The notes beneath the pieces are model-generated. The model had not been told where the DNA came from. It did not search any database and saw only the letters and a list, made by a program, of their open reading frames with translations. The position numbers and the translations under genes were made by a program. Shown one piece after another: positions 47,437-57,279 of a DNA stretch of 64,000 bases. Numbering within the stretch: the stretch's first letter is position 1; each line of letters opens with the position of its first letter. The DNA is from an uncultured Nitrososphaerota archaeon (GTDB lineage Archaea > Thermoproteota > Methanomethylicia > Nezhaarchaeales > WYZ-LMO8), in NCBI GenBank assembly GCA_964586135.1, contig CAZPGS010000001.1, forward strand, positions 18,761 through 82,760, read 5' to 3'.

Positions 47437-48150
47437 ATGGCGATAGATATCATATTAAAAGAAGGCATACCCAAGGATTCCGTGTTCGTCACTGGTTTTC
47501 AAGGAATGGGCATCGCAGGATACATAGCTGTTAGGCATTTAATCCACACATTGAAGGCTAAGCCATTGGGTTTTGTGACTTTGAAAAGAATGCCCCCATA
47601 TGTATGGATGGAGGAGAGCAGGCTTGCGACTCCCATACAGCTCTTTGGATATCAGAGCTTCGTCTTCATGCTAGTAGAGTTCATGCCCCCCATGCCAGAT
47701 CTATATGCATTCATAGATAAGCTCTGTAAATGGGCTTCTAAAACATTTGTTGAGGCGTTTCTCATAGGTGGCCTTGACATAAGAGTAAGAAAAGAGGGAG
47801 AGAGCGAAAAAGCAAAGTTCGCCGCCACGACTAAGGCCGTGGACAAGGTGCTCAAGTTAGGGTATAAGATATTGGATAGAGGTTTATACATAACAGGCCC
47901 TCTAGCACTAATGCTCATGAAATTTGAGCAACTGGACTACCCAGCTCTAGCTGTATTAGCTTACGCGAACGCTTCAAGGCCTGACCCTATGGCCGCTGCG
48001 GTAGCCGTTCAATATTTTAGTGAGATGTATGGAGTTAAAGTGGATACCGATCAACTCATAAGAGATGCGCAGAGGATAGAGGCAGAAATCGAAGAAAGCC
48101 TAAGGAGAAAGCAGGAAAGGGTGACCGAGGTAAGCGCGCTGTACATCTAA
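47437..48150 (+). CDS. PAC2-family proteasome assembly chaperone-like protein
   Basis: TGFQGMG.AGYIA, IGGLD, ITGPLALML and PDPMAAA. Confidence 0.88.
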   Translation: MAIDIILKEGIPKDSVFVTGFQGMGIAGYIAVRHLIHTLKAKPLGFVTLKRMPPYVWMEESRLATPIQLFGYQSFVFMLVEFMPPMPDLYAFIDKLCKWASKTFVEAFLIGGLDIRVRKEGESEKAKFAATTKAVDKVLKLGYKILDRGLYITGPLALMLMKFEQLDYPALAVLAYANASRPDPMAAAVAVQYFSEMYGVKVDTDQLIRDAQRIEAEIEESLRRKQERVTEVSALYI

Positions 48151-48187
48151 AGGTTCTAAGGGGTATGAAAGGTTAGACGGCACATTG

Positions 48188-49786
48188 CTAGCCTTCGACT
48201 AATTCTCTCAATAAGTGGATTAAGTTTTCTAAATCCTCCATCGCGTAGAGTTCTTTTGATCGAAGGACTTTGACGATGTTACACGATTTTTTACATGCGA
48301 CCTCCAAGTGCTCGCCCCATCGCTCGACGTCATTGTAAAGGAGTATGGTCTTGGGTTTGAGGATTTTTAAAAGCCTCGCCACCCTAGAGCTGACATAGAC
48401 TTTAGATAGGGCGTCAAGTTTGCTAGGCGCTTCGTACTGCGATAGAGGAAAGAAACCGTCAAGCTCTATAGGAATTAAGCAGAAAGGATAATCATAAAGG
48501 AGCACCTTGATTTCCTTGTCGTCTTTGAAGGTGTCGTAGATTTTCTTAACCAATTCTTCAACAAAGTTTTCAAACGGCTGGCCATCATTCCTAGGTATTA
48601 GAACTAAGGTCCTTTCATGAAGGTTGCTTAAACAGTTCTTAAGCCTCTTAAAGTGCCTTGTAACCTTAGGCCTGAATATGTCATGGTAATCATAGAAGAA
48701 GAGGCCTGATATTAAGGGTTTAGTACTAGGGTCAAGGCGTTCAAGGAATGAGTTATATTTTCTGAACTTTAAGAATGCTGAGAAAAGACGCGAGTGGGCC
48801 CTCGATCTTAAAGAGACGTATTCCCATAAAGATCCTTCTTTTATTGATTGCTTAATTCTCTTGATCTCGCTGACAAGCGCATAGAGGTTGTGCAATGCTA
48901 TTAGTCTCACTCGCAAGTTTGACGGCATTTCGTTGAATTCTTGAGGCGCGTACTTCGAACATATGGAGCAAGAACATGGGAAGTACTCTAAATCCTGTAA
49001 TCTGTAGGTCCCGTAGGGTGTCATGTATCTATTTTCTTTAGCATAAATTATGTAAGAGGCTGAATCGAAGAGGTCGCAACCTAGCGCTACAGCCATTGGA
49101 AGCATCATCGGATGGCCAGCGCCGAAGAGATGGACAGGCTTCCCTAGTGGCAATATTGTCTTAGAAACATATATGATGTCGACCAACGCTTCATAGTTAT
49201 ACGTTTCCATGATCGTTGTTGGACTTCCTATAGCATAGATATCGAAGTCTAGCGTCGAGAGCTGTTTAGCGCAGTGCCGCACTATATCTATATAAGGTGC
49301 CCCCTGGACCGGCCCGACCCATAAAATGGTTTCATCATTCTTAATGAGCTGCAAGGCCCTTGCTCTCTCTATGGTCTCGCCAACTCTGCGCAAGGCCTCG
49401 TCATAAGACGTCATGCCCGTAGGATAGTCGAGTATTACCGCTATGTCGCTACCGCACCTTTCTTGTAGGGCTACGGCCTCTTCCGGGGTAATGTCAACTT
49501 CCCCATAGACCAACAATTGATAAGCCCCTGAGTCGGTCATCACGGGCCCGGAAAAGCCCAATAAGTCATGCACGTCGACCACATCGAGCTCCCGTAGGGC
49601 TCTTCGCACATGCAGTATGTTCGTTATAAATGCGTTAAACCCTAGTCCCTCGATGTCCTTAACTGTTATCGTGGCGTCAAACGGATTTATGACTGGAAAA
49701 AGGTAGGGGGTCTCTATCGTACCCCTTCTCGTTTTAAGCCTCCCTATCCTTCCTGCTAAGTCCTTGTCTAGAACTTCGAAGCTCAT
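48188..49786 (-). CDS. tgtA: Archaeosine tRNA-guanine transglycosylase
   Basis: GRIGRL..IETP, MTDSGAYQ, PVQG, HLFGAGHP, DLFDSA and CSCSIC...HNL. Confidence 0.95.
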   Translation of the reverse strand: MSFEVLDKDLAGRIGRLKTRRGTIETPYLFPVINPFDATITVKDIEGLGFNAFITNILHVRRALRELDVVDVHDLLGFSGPVMTDSGAYQLLVYGEVDITPEEAVALQERCGSDIAVILDYPTGMTSYDEALRRVGETIERARALQLIKNDETILWVGPVQGAPYIDIVRHCAKQLSTLDFDIYAIGSPTTIMETYNYEALVDIIYVSKTILPLGKPVHLFGAGHPMMLPMAVALGCDLFDSASYIIYAKENRYMTPYGTYRLQDLEYFPCSCSICSKYAPQEFNEMPSNLRVRLIALHNLYALVSEIKRIKQSIKEGSLWEYVSLRSRAHSRLFSAFLKFRKYNSFLERLDPSTKPLISGLFFYDYHDIFRPKVTRHFKRLKNCLSNLHERTLVLIPRNDGQPFENFVEELVKKIYDTFKDDKEIKVLLYDYPFCLIPIELDGFFPLSQYEAPSKLDALSKVYVSSRVARLLKILKPKTILLYNDVERWGEHLEVACKKSCNIVKVLRSKELYAMEDLENLIHLLRELVEG

Positions 49787-49787
49787 A

Positions 49788-50234
49788 TCACGCCTTGCTC
49801 TGTAATTGCTTTGAAGCCACGAACTCTTCGAATATTCTCTTAACTCTTTCGGCTATCGGCCCCGAGCCCTCGACCACGCCTGATTCCGTTACTCGAACTC
49901 TATCCATTACTGTTATGACGCCTGCATCTTCGTGTAAAGTTACCATGTTTGGAAAGGCCTTTTCGAGGGCTTCGGCCAAGCCCTTGAGGTCGAAGGGCTC
50001 CTCCAACCTCAAAAGCTGAGCCACATAATTACCATTGATGAGTACCCTTGCATACGCGTCTCCCTTATCGTCCTTAGCGTTTGCTAAGATGAGCGTTAGG
50101 GTGTTTTGGTCGTAAGCTATGAGCTTGCCCTCATAAGATGAGCCACTTGCTGTGATGACTTTCACCTTTTTGTCTAAGAGGGAGGACAATTCCGTTAAAA
50201 ATCTCCGTGCGGCTAGGGGTTGAAAACTACTCAT
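49788..50234 (-). CDS. Lsm/Sm-like protein with C-terminal domain (SmAP3 type)
   Basis: Sm1/Sm2 motifs (YEGKLIAYD, INGNYV) followed by FDLKGLAEALEKAFPNMV...GVVEGSGP. Confidence 0.88.
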   Translation of the reverse strand: MSSFQPLAARRFLTELSSLLDKKVKVITASGSSYEGKLIAYDQNTLTLILANAKDDKGDAYARVLINGNYVAQLLRLEEPFDLKGLAEALEKAFPNMVTLHEDAGVITVMDRVRVTESGVVEGSGPIAERVKRIFEEFVASKQLQSKA

Positions 50235-50333
50235 CTTACATGACACCTCGCCGTTTCTATCAGGCCTAGAGTTGTAAGAGCTTGCAGATTAATTTATATT
50301 CTCGAGGGGTCCATCTTTGCTAGGTGTATTTAA

Positions 50334-50711
50334 ATGACAACCGACATATTGATGGACATAGAGGCTGAAATCAGCAAAATAGAGAAGAGCGAGCTAAAAA
50401 ACCTAAGCGTTGTTAAGTTCGTTGCTTCAGAGACCGTTAACGTCAGTTTAGAAATCCCTCGTTCTCTACTTCAAGTAAAAGAGGGAGGGAAGGCGCGCTT
50501 AGTCATAAGTACCAATCCCAGCATCGAGCAGGATGTGAATGCTTTGTTTCTATTTATGATATACAATATCGAAAAGGTCAAAAGCGGGAAAGAAGAAAGG
50601 ACCCTCATATATGGATCCATCGGAGGGCTTCAAGTTAGAATAGAAGGCAAGGGGCTTCATAAAAAATTCAAGGCCGGAGACGAAGTTTACTTAGGAATTA
50701 AGTTACTGTAA
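50334..50711 (+). CDS. rpoG: RNA polymerase subunit Rpo8 (G)
   Basis: OB fold with the GSIGGLQVRI motif of Rpb8; adjacent to SmAP3/tgtA. Confidence 0.75.
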   Translation: MTTDILMDIEAEISKIEKSELKNLSVVKFVASETVNVSLEIPRSLLQVKEGGKARLVISTNPSIEQDVNALFLFMIYNIEKVKSGKEERTLIYGSIGGLQVRIEGKGLHKKFKAGDEVYLGIKLL

Positions 50712-50864
50712 GTATACTTTCACTGACCCCTCTCTGCCTACAACTCTAGAAAATCATTGCCACGTACATACCCTTGTTCTAGTACTTATTGCAATCGCTC
50801 ATTTAACAAGTACAAGATAAGCTTTAACTTTTAGCTTTTTGGCGATAAGCCTTGGTGATCATGG

Positions 50865-51860
50865 TTGCATGGAACTGCTTGCAAAGAGTGTGGCGGGGTA
50901 CTAGTACTCTCAAAAAATGGTGAGTATGTCTGCGAAAGTTGTGGACTCGTTCATGAGGAGGCTGGAACAGCCTTATTCAGTTGTTTGAAGACCAATGACA
51001 AGAGAAGGATGCAACACTTCGAAGTTCTTGACAAAACGCCTTTCAAAGTGCCGAGACTCTGGCGCAATATAGATAGCAACAGTATTGAGAAGGCCGAGGT
51101 AATGAAGTACTTTAGTAGATTAGATTTCGTCCAGCGGTATTACATTGATAAGCTCTCAATAAGGGCTATTCGAAGGGCTTACGCTGTTTTATTGTCCCTA
51201 TGTTCGCTTCTTCCGACGCAATTATCATCAACTATTAAGAGGAGGGCTCTAGAAATGTACTACAGCGCTATCTTGAGATTAAGGAGTGTCAGAAAAAACC
51301 ACGTAGCACTGATGACTGCTAGTTTTTATGTAGCTACAAGGGAAAGGTATAGAAAATGTGATCTGACCTTAAAGCAGATAATCATTCACTTGAGAAAGAT
51401 GAGCATTAACGTATCATTTAGCGATGTCTTCAAGGCTATCTTCTTATTAAGGAAAGTCGTAGGCGTTGCTTTGAGGCCTAGAAGCCCTGAAGAGTTGTTA
51501 TCCGTCGCGGTAAGAAAGGTTATGTGTGACGAAAGGGTCAAGAAAAGACTGCTAAAGAATAACATAGACTTCCTCAAATATTCAAAAGAGCTTTACGCAG
51601 AAACCTCTATGTTACTTAAAAAAGTTAAGTGCAGCAAAAGCCCCTTATCGCTTGTAGCCACAGCTCTATACACCGCTGACAAGATTTTGGTTTTGAAACA
51701 TGGGTGGAAGGACGTGTTGACTCAGAAGTCTTTAAGTTCTGTACTAAACGTGAGCCCTTTCACTATTAGAGAGCTATACTATAAAACATTTAGAAAGCAC
51801 ATTTTTGGTGATCAAAATGAGGAGCAAGACTGTAAAGCTGACCTTAGAGGACTTGCTTGA
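50865..51860 (+). CDS. Divergent TFB/TFIIB-like protein (Zn ribbon plus two cyclin-like repeats)
   Basis: CKECGG...GEYVCESCGLV, ASFYVATR, KSPLSLVATALY and LTQKSLS..LNVSPFTIRE. Confidence 0.75.
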   Translation: MHGTACKECGGVLVLSKNGEYVCESCGLVHEEAGTALFSCLKTNDKRRMQHFEVLDKTPFKVPRLWRNIDSNSIEKAEVMKYFSRLDFVQRYYIDKLSIRAIRRAYAVLLSLCSLLPTQLSSTIKRRALEMYYSAILRLRSVRKNHVALMTASFYVATRERYRKCDLTLKQIIIHLRKMSINVSFSDVFKAIFLLRKVVGVALRPRSPEELLSVAVRKVMCDERVKKRLLKNNIDFLKYSKELYAETSMLLKKVKCSKSPLSLVATALYTADKILVLKHGWKDVLTQKSLSSVLNVSPFTIRELYYKTFRKHIFGDQNEEQDCKADLRGLA

Positions 51861-52041
51861 GGTATTGTTAGGTCATGGAATTCAACCTAGGAAAATAGAG
51901 GCAATAATGGCCAGCTTGGGCATCCCTCAAGAATGCGTTAAAAGAGCATTAGCAAACATTATGGCAACATCTTCTCAAAGAGGGGTTAAGGAGAGCGGCT
52001 TAAAGGGAGAAGATCTACGACTGAATGGAGCTAACAACTAA
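51805..52041 (+). CDS. Hypothetical small protein
   Basis: ORF overlaps the TFB-like stop, with GGTGA before ATG 51817. No motif recognised. Confidence 0.4.
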   Translation: MVIKMRSKTVKLTLEDLLEVLLGHGIQPRKIEAIMASLGIPQECVKRALANIMATSSQRGVKESGLKGEDLRLNGANN

Positions 52042-52094
52042 GTAGTTGAATGAAAAGGGTCTACAAAGCGGGTTGTTTAGAATGATGAAAGTAA

Positions 52095-52168
52095 TGGGCC
52101 GGCCCGGACTCGAACCGGGGACCTCCCGCGTGTGAGGCGGGCGTTCTAACCAGCTGAACTACCGGCCC
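52095..52168 (-). tRNA. tRNA-Val(CAC)
   Basis: Minus strand GGGCCGGTAGTTCAGCTGGTTAGAACG-CCCGC-CT-CAC-AC-GCGGG-AGGTC-CCCGGTTCGAGTCCGGG-CCGGCCC-A. No intron. Confidence 0.96.
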
Positions 52169-52199
52169 TTCAAAGAGAGAGTCAGTCTCAGATTAAAGG

Positions 52200-52361
52200 C
52201 TACTTCTGGATTGAGCGCTTCTTCCATCTCAAGTTATAGGAGCGACATCTCCTACACCTTTCAGCGGTAGGAGCGTTTCGGGCACCGCACTTTCGACAAA
52301 TCTTCACCATTAATAACTTCTTCTGGGCCATTTGCAACTTAAGCGGGTCGGTTATCGGCAT
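52200..52361 (-). CDS. rpl40e: 50S ribosomal protein L40e
   Basis: Manual translation MPITDPLKLQMAQKKLLMVKICRKCGARNAPTAERCRRCRSYNLRWKKRSIQK. Not in the ORF track. Confidence 0.95.
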   Translation of the reverse strand: MPITDPLKLQMAQKKLLMVKICRKCGARNAPTAERCRRCRSYNLRWKKRSIQK

Positions 52362-52489
52362 AGGACTTCCTAAACTCTCCTTAAGAGTCTGTCAAATAAA
52401 ACTTATCCTTGACTTTACTCGAGGTAGACCCGAGAAGCGATATAACTCCCAAGCCATGGTATAAAGAAAGCGAAACTAAGGGAGGAGAC

Positions 52490-52762
52490 ATGAAGGAGAA
52501 CATCGTAATAATTGGACGAAAGCCCGTTATGAATTACGTCCTCGCATGCCTCACATTATTTCACCAAGGCTCTGGTGAGGTGACCATAAGAGCCAGAGGA
52601 AAGGCCATATCAAAGGCAGTTGACGTCGCGAATATTGTTAAGGAAAAGTTTATCCCCACAGCTAAAGTTAAGAGTTTAGAACTTGGCAACGAAAGAATCG
52701 TGACGGAAAGGGGGGAAGTTGTCAACTTAAGCACCATAGCAATAACATTAACAAAAGAGTGA
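52490..52762 (+). CDS. albA: DNA/RNA-binding protein Alba
   Basis: IGRKPVMNYVLA and ARGKAISKAVD. ATG 52490 after GGAGG. Confidence 0.93.
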   Translation: MKENIVIIGRKPVMNYVLACLTLFHQGSGEVTIRARGKAISKAVDVANIVKEKFIPTAKVKSLELGNERIVTERGEVVNLSTIAITLTKE

Positions 52763-52772
52763 GGGGTGCAAA

Positions 52773-53273
52773 GTGCAGTTTCCGATATGTTACTTCTGCC
52801 TAAAGACAGGTCTTCTCTGTAAGACTTGCTATGAAAAGTTGAAGAAAGGCGAGATAAGTAAGCTCGATATAGAAGTCGCTAAGTGGTTTCTAGACAACGA
52901 AGAGAAATACCCGCAGCTCAAGGACTGCACGTTCTATAAGGCTGTCCAAAAAGACGATTTTTTAGTAGTGCTTATTGGATGTAAGAACAAGAGGCTCACA
53001 GCACTTTGGAGGAAGTTAGGCAAGGTGTTGAGTGACGAAAAAGGAGTTAATGTCAGGATTATCGAAAAGACCTCTTCTTTAAGGGGGCTCTTAAGTCAGT
53101 TATTCTTTCCAGCTAAAGTTATCTCACTAAATACGATTTGGTTGCCTGACGGCTCTTGTGAGAGCACGATCAAGGTAGCACCAGAGGACTTAAAGAAGCT
53201 GCCTACTGATGTAAAGGCACTAGAAGAAGTGATACGAGAGTTGGTAGGAGAGACAGTTTATATTGCTACCTGA
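52773..53273 (+). CDS. NusA-like KH-domain protein with N-terminal Cys motif
   Basis: PICYFCLKTGLLCKTC, VRIIE and PAKV.SLNTIWLPDG. Confidence 0.8.
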   Translation: MQFPICYFCLKTGLLCKTCYEKLKKGEISKLDIEVAKWFLDNEEKYPQLKDCTFYKAVQKDDFLVVLIGCKNKRLTALWRKLGKVLSDEKGVNVRIIEKTSSLRGLLSQLFFPAKVISLNTIWLPDGSCESTIKVAPEDLKKLPTDVKALEEVIRELVGETVYIAT

Positions 53274-53289
53274 TAAATGTATTCTGGTA

Positions 53290-54615
53290 ATGATGCCAAC
53301 CATAGACCTCATGGAGACGTGGAGGAAGACTCACAGAAACTCTGAAGTTGCACAGCTGCCTGACGGATCTGAGGTAGTGCTGATTGGCTGGCTTCATGAG
53401 ATAAGAGACCTGGGCAATATTAAGTTCTTACTTCTACGGGATGCATCGGGCATCGTCCAAGTAACGATTAAGAGAGGAGCTGTTGATCAAAGTCTACTGG
53501 AGAGGGTCTCCCAAATAACTCGTGAGAGCGTCATAGCGGTTAGGGGCGTAGTCAAGAAGAGTGAAAAGAGCAGGCTCGGAGTAGAAGTGTTGCCTCATGA
53601 AATTAAGGTGCTCAATATATCTAAAGCCCCTTTACCTTTGGAAGTTACGGGCAAGGTCCCGGCAGACTTCGAGACCCGTATGAGTTCTAGGTTCATGGAC
53701 CTGCGAAGGCCGAGTGAAGTCTTCGTCTTCAAGCTGCAACACGAGGTTTTAAAGGCCATAAGGGCTTTTTTGGACGAGAAAGGGTTTATTGAAGTCGTAA
53801 CGCCAAAGATACTTGTCTCTGCGACCGAGGGTGGCGCGGAGCTATTTAAAGTGCAATACTTCGAAAAGACGGTCTATCTAGCTCAGAGCCCCCAGCTCTA
53901 CAAAGAGGTTCTAACAAGCTGTTTTGAAAGAGTATATGAAATAGGAGTTTACTTTAGAGCCGAGGAAGTCAATACCCCTTACCATCTCAATGAGTTCGTG
54001 TCGGTAGACATAGAAGCTGCATTCATGGACTATAAGGATGTCATGGAGATCTTAGAGGAGTGCATAATCCACGTGTATCGATATTTAAGAGAAAAACACT
54101 ACGATGAGTTAAAGAGAATTCATGGTGAGTTCAGGGAGCCCGAGACACCCTTCCCAATAATCACGTACTCTGAAGTTATAGAGCTTTTGCAAAGAAGAGG
54201 AGTAAACGTAAAGTGGGGCGACGATCTAACGACGCCTGCTCTAAGAGTGTTGGGCAAGGAATACGATGGTTACTATTTTATAATTGACTGGCCGAGCGAG
54301 GTGAAGCCCTTCTACATAAAGCCCCGCCGAGGCAATGAAAAAATATGTGAGAGCTTCGACCTCATGTGGCATCACATAGAGATCGCAAGCGGTGGGAGTA
54401 GGATATACCTTCGAGAAGAACTAGAGGAAAGCATCAAGCGCAAGGGGCTTAACGTTGAGAGCTTTAAAGAGCATTTGAGGACCTTTGACTACGGAATGCC
54501 GCCTCACGCCGGTTGGGGGTTGGGGCTTTCAAGGTTCCTCATGGTGTTGACCGGTAGGCAAAACATAAGAGAAGTGGTGCTCTTCCCGCGCGACAGAACG
54601 AGGTTGACTCCCTAA
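53290..54615 (+). CDS. aspS: Aspartate--tRNA(Asp/Asn) ligase
   Basis: GWLHEIRDLG, ATEGGAELF, YLAQSPQLYK, FRAE, GMPPHAGWGLG and LFPRDRTRL. Exact start uncertain. Confidence 0.95.
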   Translation: MMPTIDLMETWRKTHRNSEVAQLPDGSEVVLIGWLHEIRDLGNIKFLLLRDASGIVQVTIKRGAVDQSLLERVSQITRESVIAVRGVVKKSEKSRLGVEVLPHEIKVLNISKAPLPLEVTGKVPADFETRMSSRFMDLRRPSEVFVFKLQHEVLKAIRAFLDEKGFIEVVTPKILVSATEGGAELFKVQYFEKTVYLAQSPQLYKEVLTSCFERVYEIGVYFRAEEVNTPYHLNEFVSVDIEAAFMDYKDVMEILEECIIHVYRYLREKHYDELKRIHGEFREPETPFPIITYSEVIELLQRRGVNVKWGDDLTTPALRVLGKEYDGYYFIIDWPSEVKPFYIKPRRGNEKICESFDLMWHHIEIASGGSRIYLREELEESIKRKGLNVESFKEHLRTFDYGMPPHAGWGLGLSRFLMVLTGRQNIREVVLFPRDRTRLTP

Positions 54616-54635
54616 GTCAGCAAGGTTGTTAAGAA

Positions 54636-55794
54636 ATGGCAGGAGGTCCTTTCTATTGGTGCATGAGGTACAACGTTCCTCTTCTCTCTAAGAAGTGCGA
54701 TGTGTACGAAGACAAGGTAGGAGCCCTTGGACAAGAGGTTTTACGTATTATTCACGGACACTGGGAATAGAATATCCTGAGACGATAAGCTATAGAGAGG
54801 GTTCTAAGACGGCTGAAGCTTGAAGACAAGACTATGAAGACAAGCTCGCTTACAGGCTTTTTTAAGGCTCTTGAGCTCTTCGGTCCTCTAGCTCGAGACT
54901 TTAGGTGGTGTTGCAAGACTTGCGAGTTAGCGCCTATAGCCTATGCCATAAAGAACTTGGGAGGAAGATGCTTAACGTTCATCGGTTTACGTGGAGTAGA
55001 GTCAGCAAAGAGGAAGAAACAGGCTCCATGTGGAAGGGCATATGGATCAAGGGGCAATTGGGTGTCTCTCCGATACACGATTGGAGCACGCTCACCGTGT
55101 GGTTATACTTGTTCAAGGAGGGGATGGAGTTGAACCCTCTCTATTACAAGGGGCTTGGGAGAATAGGCTGTTGGGTCTGTCCCAGCATGGACTTAGCTGA
55201 AACGCGCATAGCCGAGGAGGTGATGGGCCCTTTATGGCAGGGATATTTGAGGAAAGTATCTGATGTGCTCTCCTTGGGCGAAAGAGAAGTGAAATTGGGT
55301 CTTTGGAGGTGGCGTTTCAAGTTCCCTAAATGGTTAAATGTCGAGGAAGTGAGCAAAGGCCCGATGCAGTGCTTGTTCGAGAAGAAAGAGGTCTGGATCG
55401 AGCGTGAAGGCGATTTCGAGAAAATACTTAGCGTGTTAAAAACCATGTACGAAGTGCGTAAAGAAGACGAGGAAAAATAGCATTGATGGACGAAAGGAGA
55501 AGAATCGCGAGCTTAGTGAAAGAGGTAAGGAGGTAAGAAAGAGGTAATAAGATAATCGTAGAGGCACAAAATAGAGATCGAGTTAAAGTCTTTAGAGGCA
55601 TAGCTCGCGCTTTACTACGTGTGAAGTGCATGCTATGTTACGCGACGTGCCCCAACGAAGCCATAATGATAAGACAAAACAACATTGAGATCCTGACAGA
55701 GAAATGCATGGCTTGCGGCGAGTGCAATTACACATGCCCAATATGGGCTTACAGCCTGAAAAGCCCTCATATTGCGAAAAGGTTATTAGCCTAA
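54636..55794 (+). pseudogene. Decayed PAPS-reductase-family protein with C-terminal ferredoxin domain
   Basis: Colinear fragments in different frames: YWCMRYNVPLL, FTDTG / IEYPETI, RWCCKTC...FIGLRGVES..R, SPIHDW...NPLY..G..RIGCWVCP and CMACGECNYTCP. They are interrupted by frameshifts, stops (e.g. TAA 55534-55536) and an apparent large N-terminal deletion. Confidence 0.85.
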
Positions 55795-55831
55795 ATACAT
55801 TATCTTAGGCTGAGTTTTTAACGACGCGGAG

Positions 55832-56572
55832 ATGACTAATATGTTTACGCCACCAAGCTTGGGGTATGACAGAGCGATAACGGTCTTCTCGCCGGAGGGG
55901 AGATTGTACCAAGTCGAGTATGCGTTGGAGGCAGTTAAAAGAGGATGGACGACTTTGGGCATAAGATGCAGAGACGGCGTAGTGGTTGCCGTGGAGAAGA
56001 AGAGGATCTCACCCCTCGTAGACCCCGAGACCATGGAGAAGATATGGAAAGTGGACGATCATATAGGAATCGCGTATGCTGGGTTGGCCTCTGACGGAAG
56101 GGTCTTAATTGATAGAGCTAGGATAGAGGCGCAAATATACAGGTTGATATACGACGAACCCATAGACGTCGAAGTTATAACTCGTAGGATAAGTGATCTC
56201 AAACAATTATATACACAGCATGCAGGGGTTAGGCCGTTTGGTGTCTCGTTCATAATAGCAGGAGTCGATAGAAGTGGAGCTAGACTGTACATGACGGAGC
56301 CCAGCGGCGCGTATGCAGGTTATCACGCTGTAGTCATAGGTGCTGGCTCACAGACAGCTCTCGAGATCCTCGAAAAACATTACAACCAAAGGATGAGCAT
56401 GGAAGAGGGCATAATGTTAGCACTTAAGTGCATGGAGGCTGTGGTCGAAGGAGGGCTAAGCGTCGAGAAAATAGAAATAGCAGTAGCCGAAGTTAAGACT
56501 GGACGCTTCGACAAGCTAAAGGCTCAAGAGGTCAGGGAGTTGATAGAGAAATTTAGAGAACAGATGAAATAG
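55832..56572 (+). CDS. psmA: Proteasome alpha subunit
   Basis: GYDRAITVFSPEGRLYQVEYA and RPFGVS. Confidence 0.97.
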   Translation: MTNMFTPPSLGYDRAITVFSPEGRLYQVEYALEAVKRGWTTLGIRCRDGVVVAVEKKRISPLVDPETMEKIWKVDDHIGIAYAGLASDGRVLIDRARIEAQIYRLIYDEPIDVEVITRRISDLKQLYTQHAGVRPFGVSFIIAGVDRSGARLYMTEPSGAYAGYHAVVIGAGSQTALEILEKHYNQRMSMEEGIMLALKCMEAVVEGGLSVEKIEIAVAEVKTGRFDKLKAQEVRELIEKFREQMK

Positions 56573-56574
56573 TT

Positions 56575-57273
56575 ATGAGTAAAGGCGAGCATTCTATAGC
56601 AAGGCTCGTCCTCGGGCCAGAGAAGTTCGAAATACTCATAGACCCTGAGAAGGCTTGGCAGATAAAACAAGGAGCTAGGGTCGACATTAGAGAGGCCATG
56701 ATAAGTGACGTGATATACAAGGATGTTAAGAAGGGGTTGAGGGCTTCGCGCGAGACTCTTCAGAAGGCCTTTAAGACCCTCGACCCCTACGAGGTGGGAA
56801 AAACTATAATTCAACGAGGAGAAATTCAGCTAACAGCTAAGCAGAGAAAGGAGCTTATAGAGAGCAAGCGCAAACAAATAGTAGCATACATATCAAAGAA
56901 CTGCATTGACTCGAAAACTGGCTTGCCGTTGCCTTCGACTAGGGTAGAGCTGTTACTAAATGAGGCCAAGGTCCCCATAGACCCCTTCAAAGATGCCAAA
57001 GAGCAAGCATTAGAGGTAATCAAAGTATTGAGGACCAAGATTCCCATAAAAATCTCGAAGACATTGCTGGAGATAAGAGCTTTTCCTCAGCACGCCAGCA
57101 AAGTCTACTCCTTAGTACCCCGCTACGGTGAAGTGCTAAAAAGTCAATGGCTAGAAGATGGCTCTTGGAAAGGTGAAGTGGAGGTTCCTGCTGGATTGCA
57201 ATTGGAATTAATCGATAAGCTTAACGCGATGACGCAAGGGAACATTGAAATAAAGGTTATAAGCAAGGGCTGA
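56575..57273 (+). CDS. Ribosome assembly factor SBDS/Sdo1
   Basis: KFEILIDP, GEIQLT..QR and EVPAGLQ. Confidence 0.93.
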   Translation: MSKGEHSIARLVLGPEKFEILIDPEKAWQIKQGARVDIREAMISDVIYKDVKKGLRASRETLQKAFKTLDPYEVGKTIIQRGEIQLTAKQRKELIESKRKQIVAYISKNCIDSKTGLPLPSTRVELLLNEAKVPIDPFKDAKEQALEVIKVLRTKIPIKISKTLLEIRAFPQHASKVYSLVPRYGEVLKSQWLEDGSWKGEVEVPAGLQLELIDKLNAMTQGNIEIKVISKG

Positions 57274-57279
57274 GACCCT

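Noticed and set aside
52082..52088. Perfect box C (ATGATGA) next to tRNA-Val
   Set aside because: No correctly spaced D or D' box; it lies in the tRNA 3' trailer on the opposite strand.
52042..52110. tRNA-Val 3' end as an integration site for the AT-rich TFB-like or pilus genes
   Set aside because: No integrase and no duplicated tRNA 3' fragment were seen, and core genes (tgtA, lsm, rpo8) lie in between.
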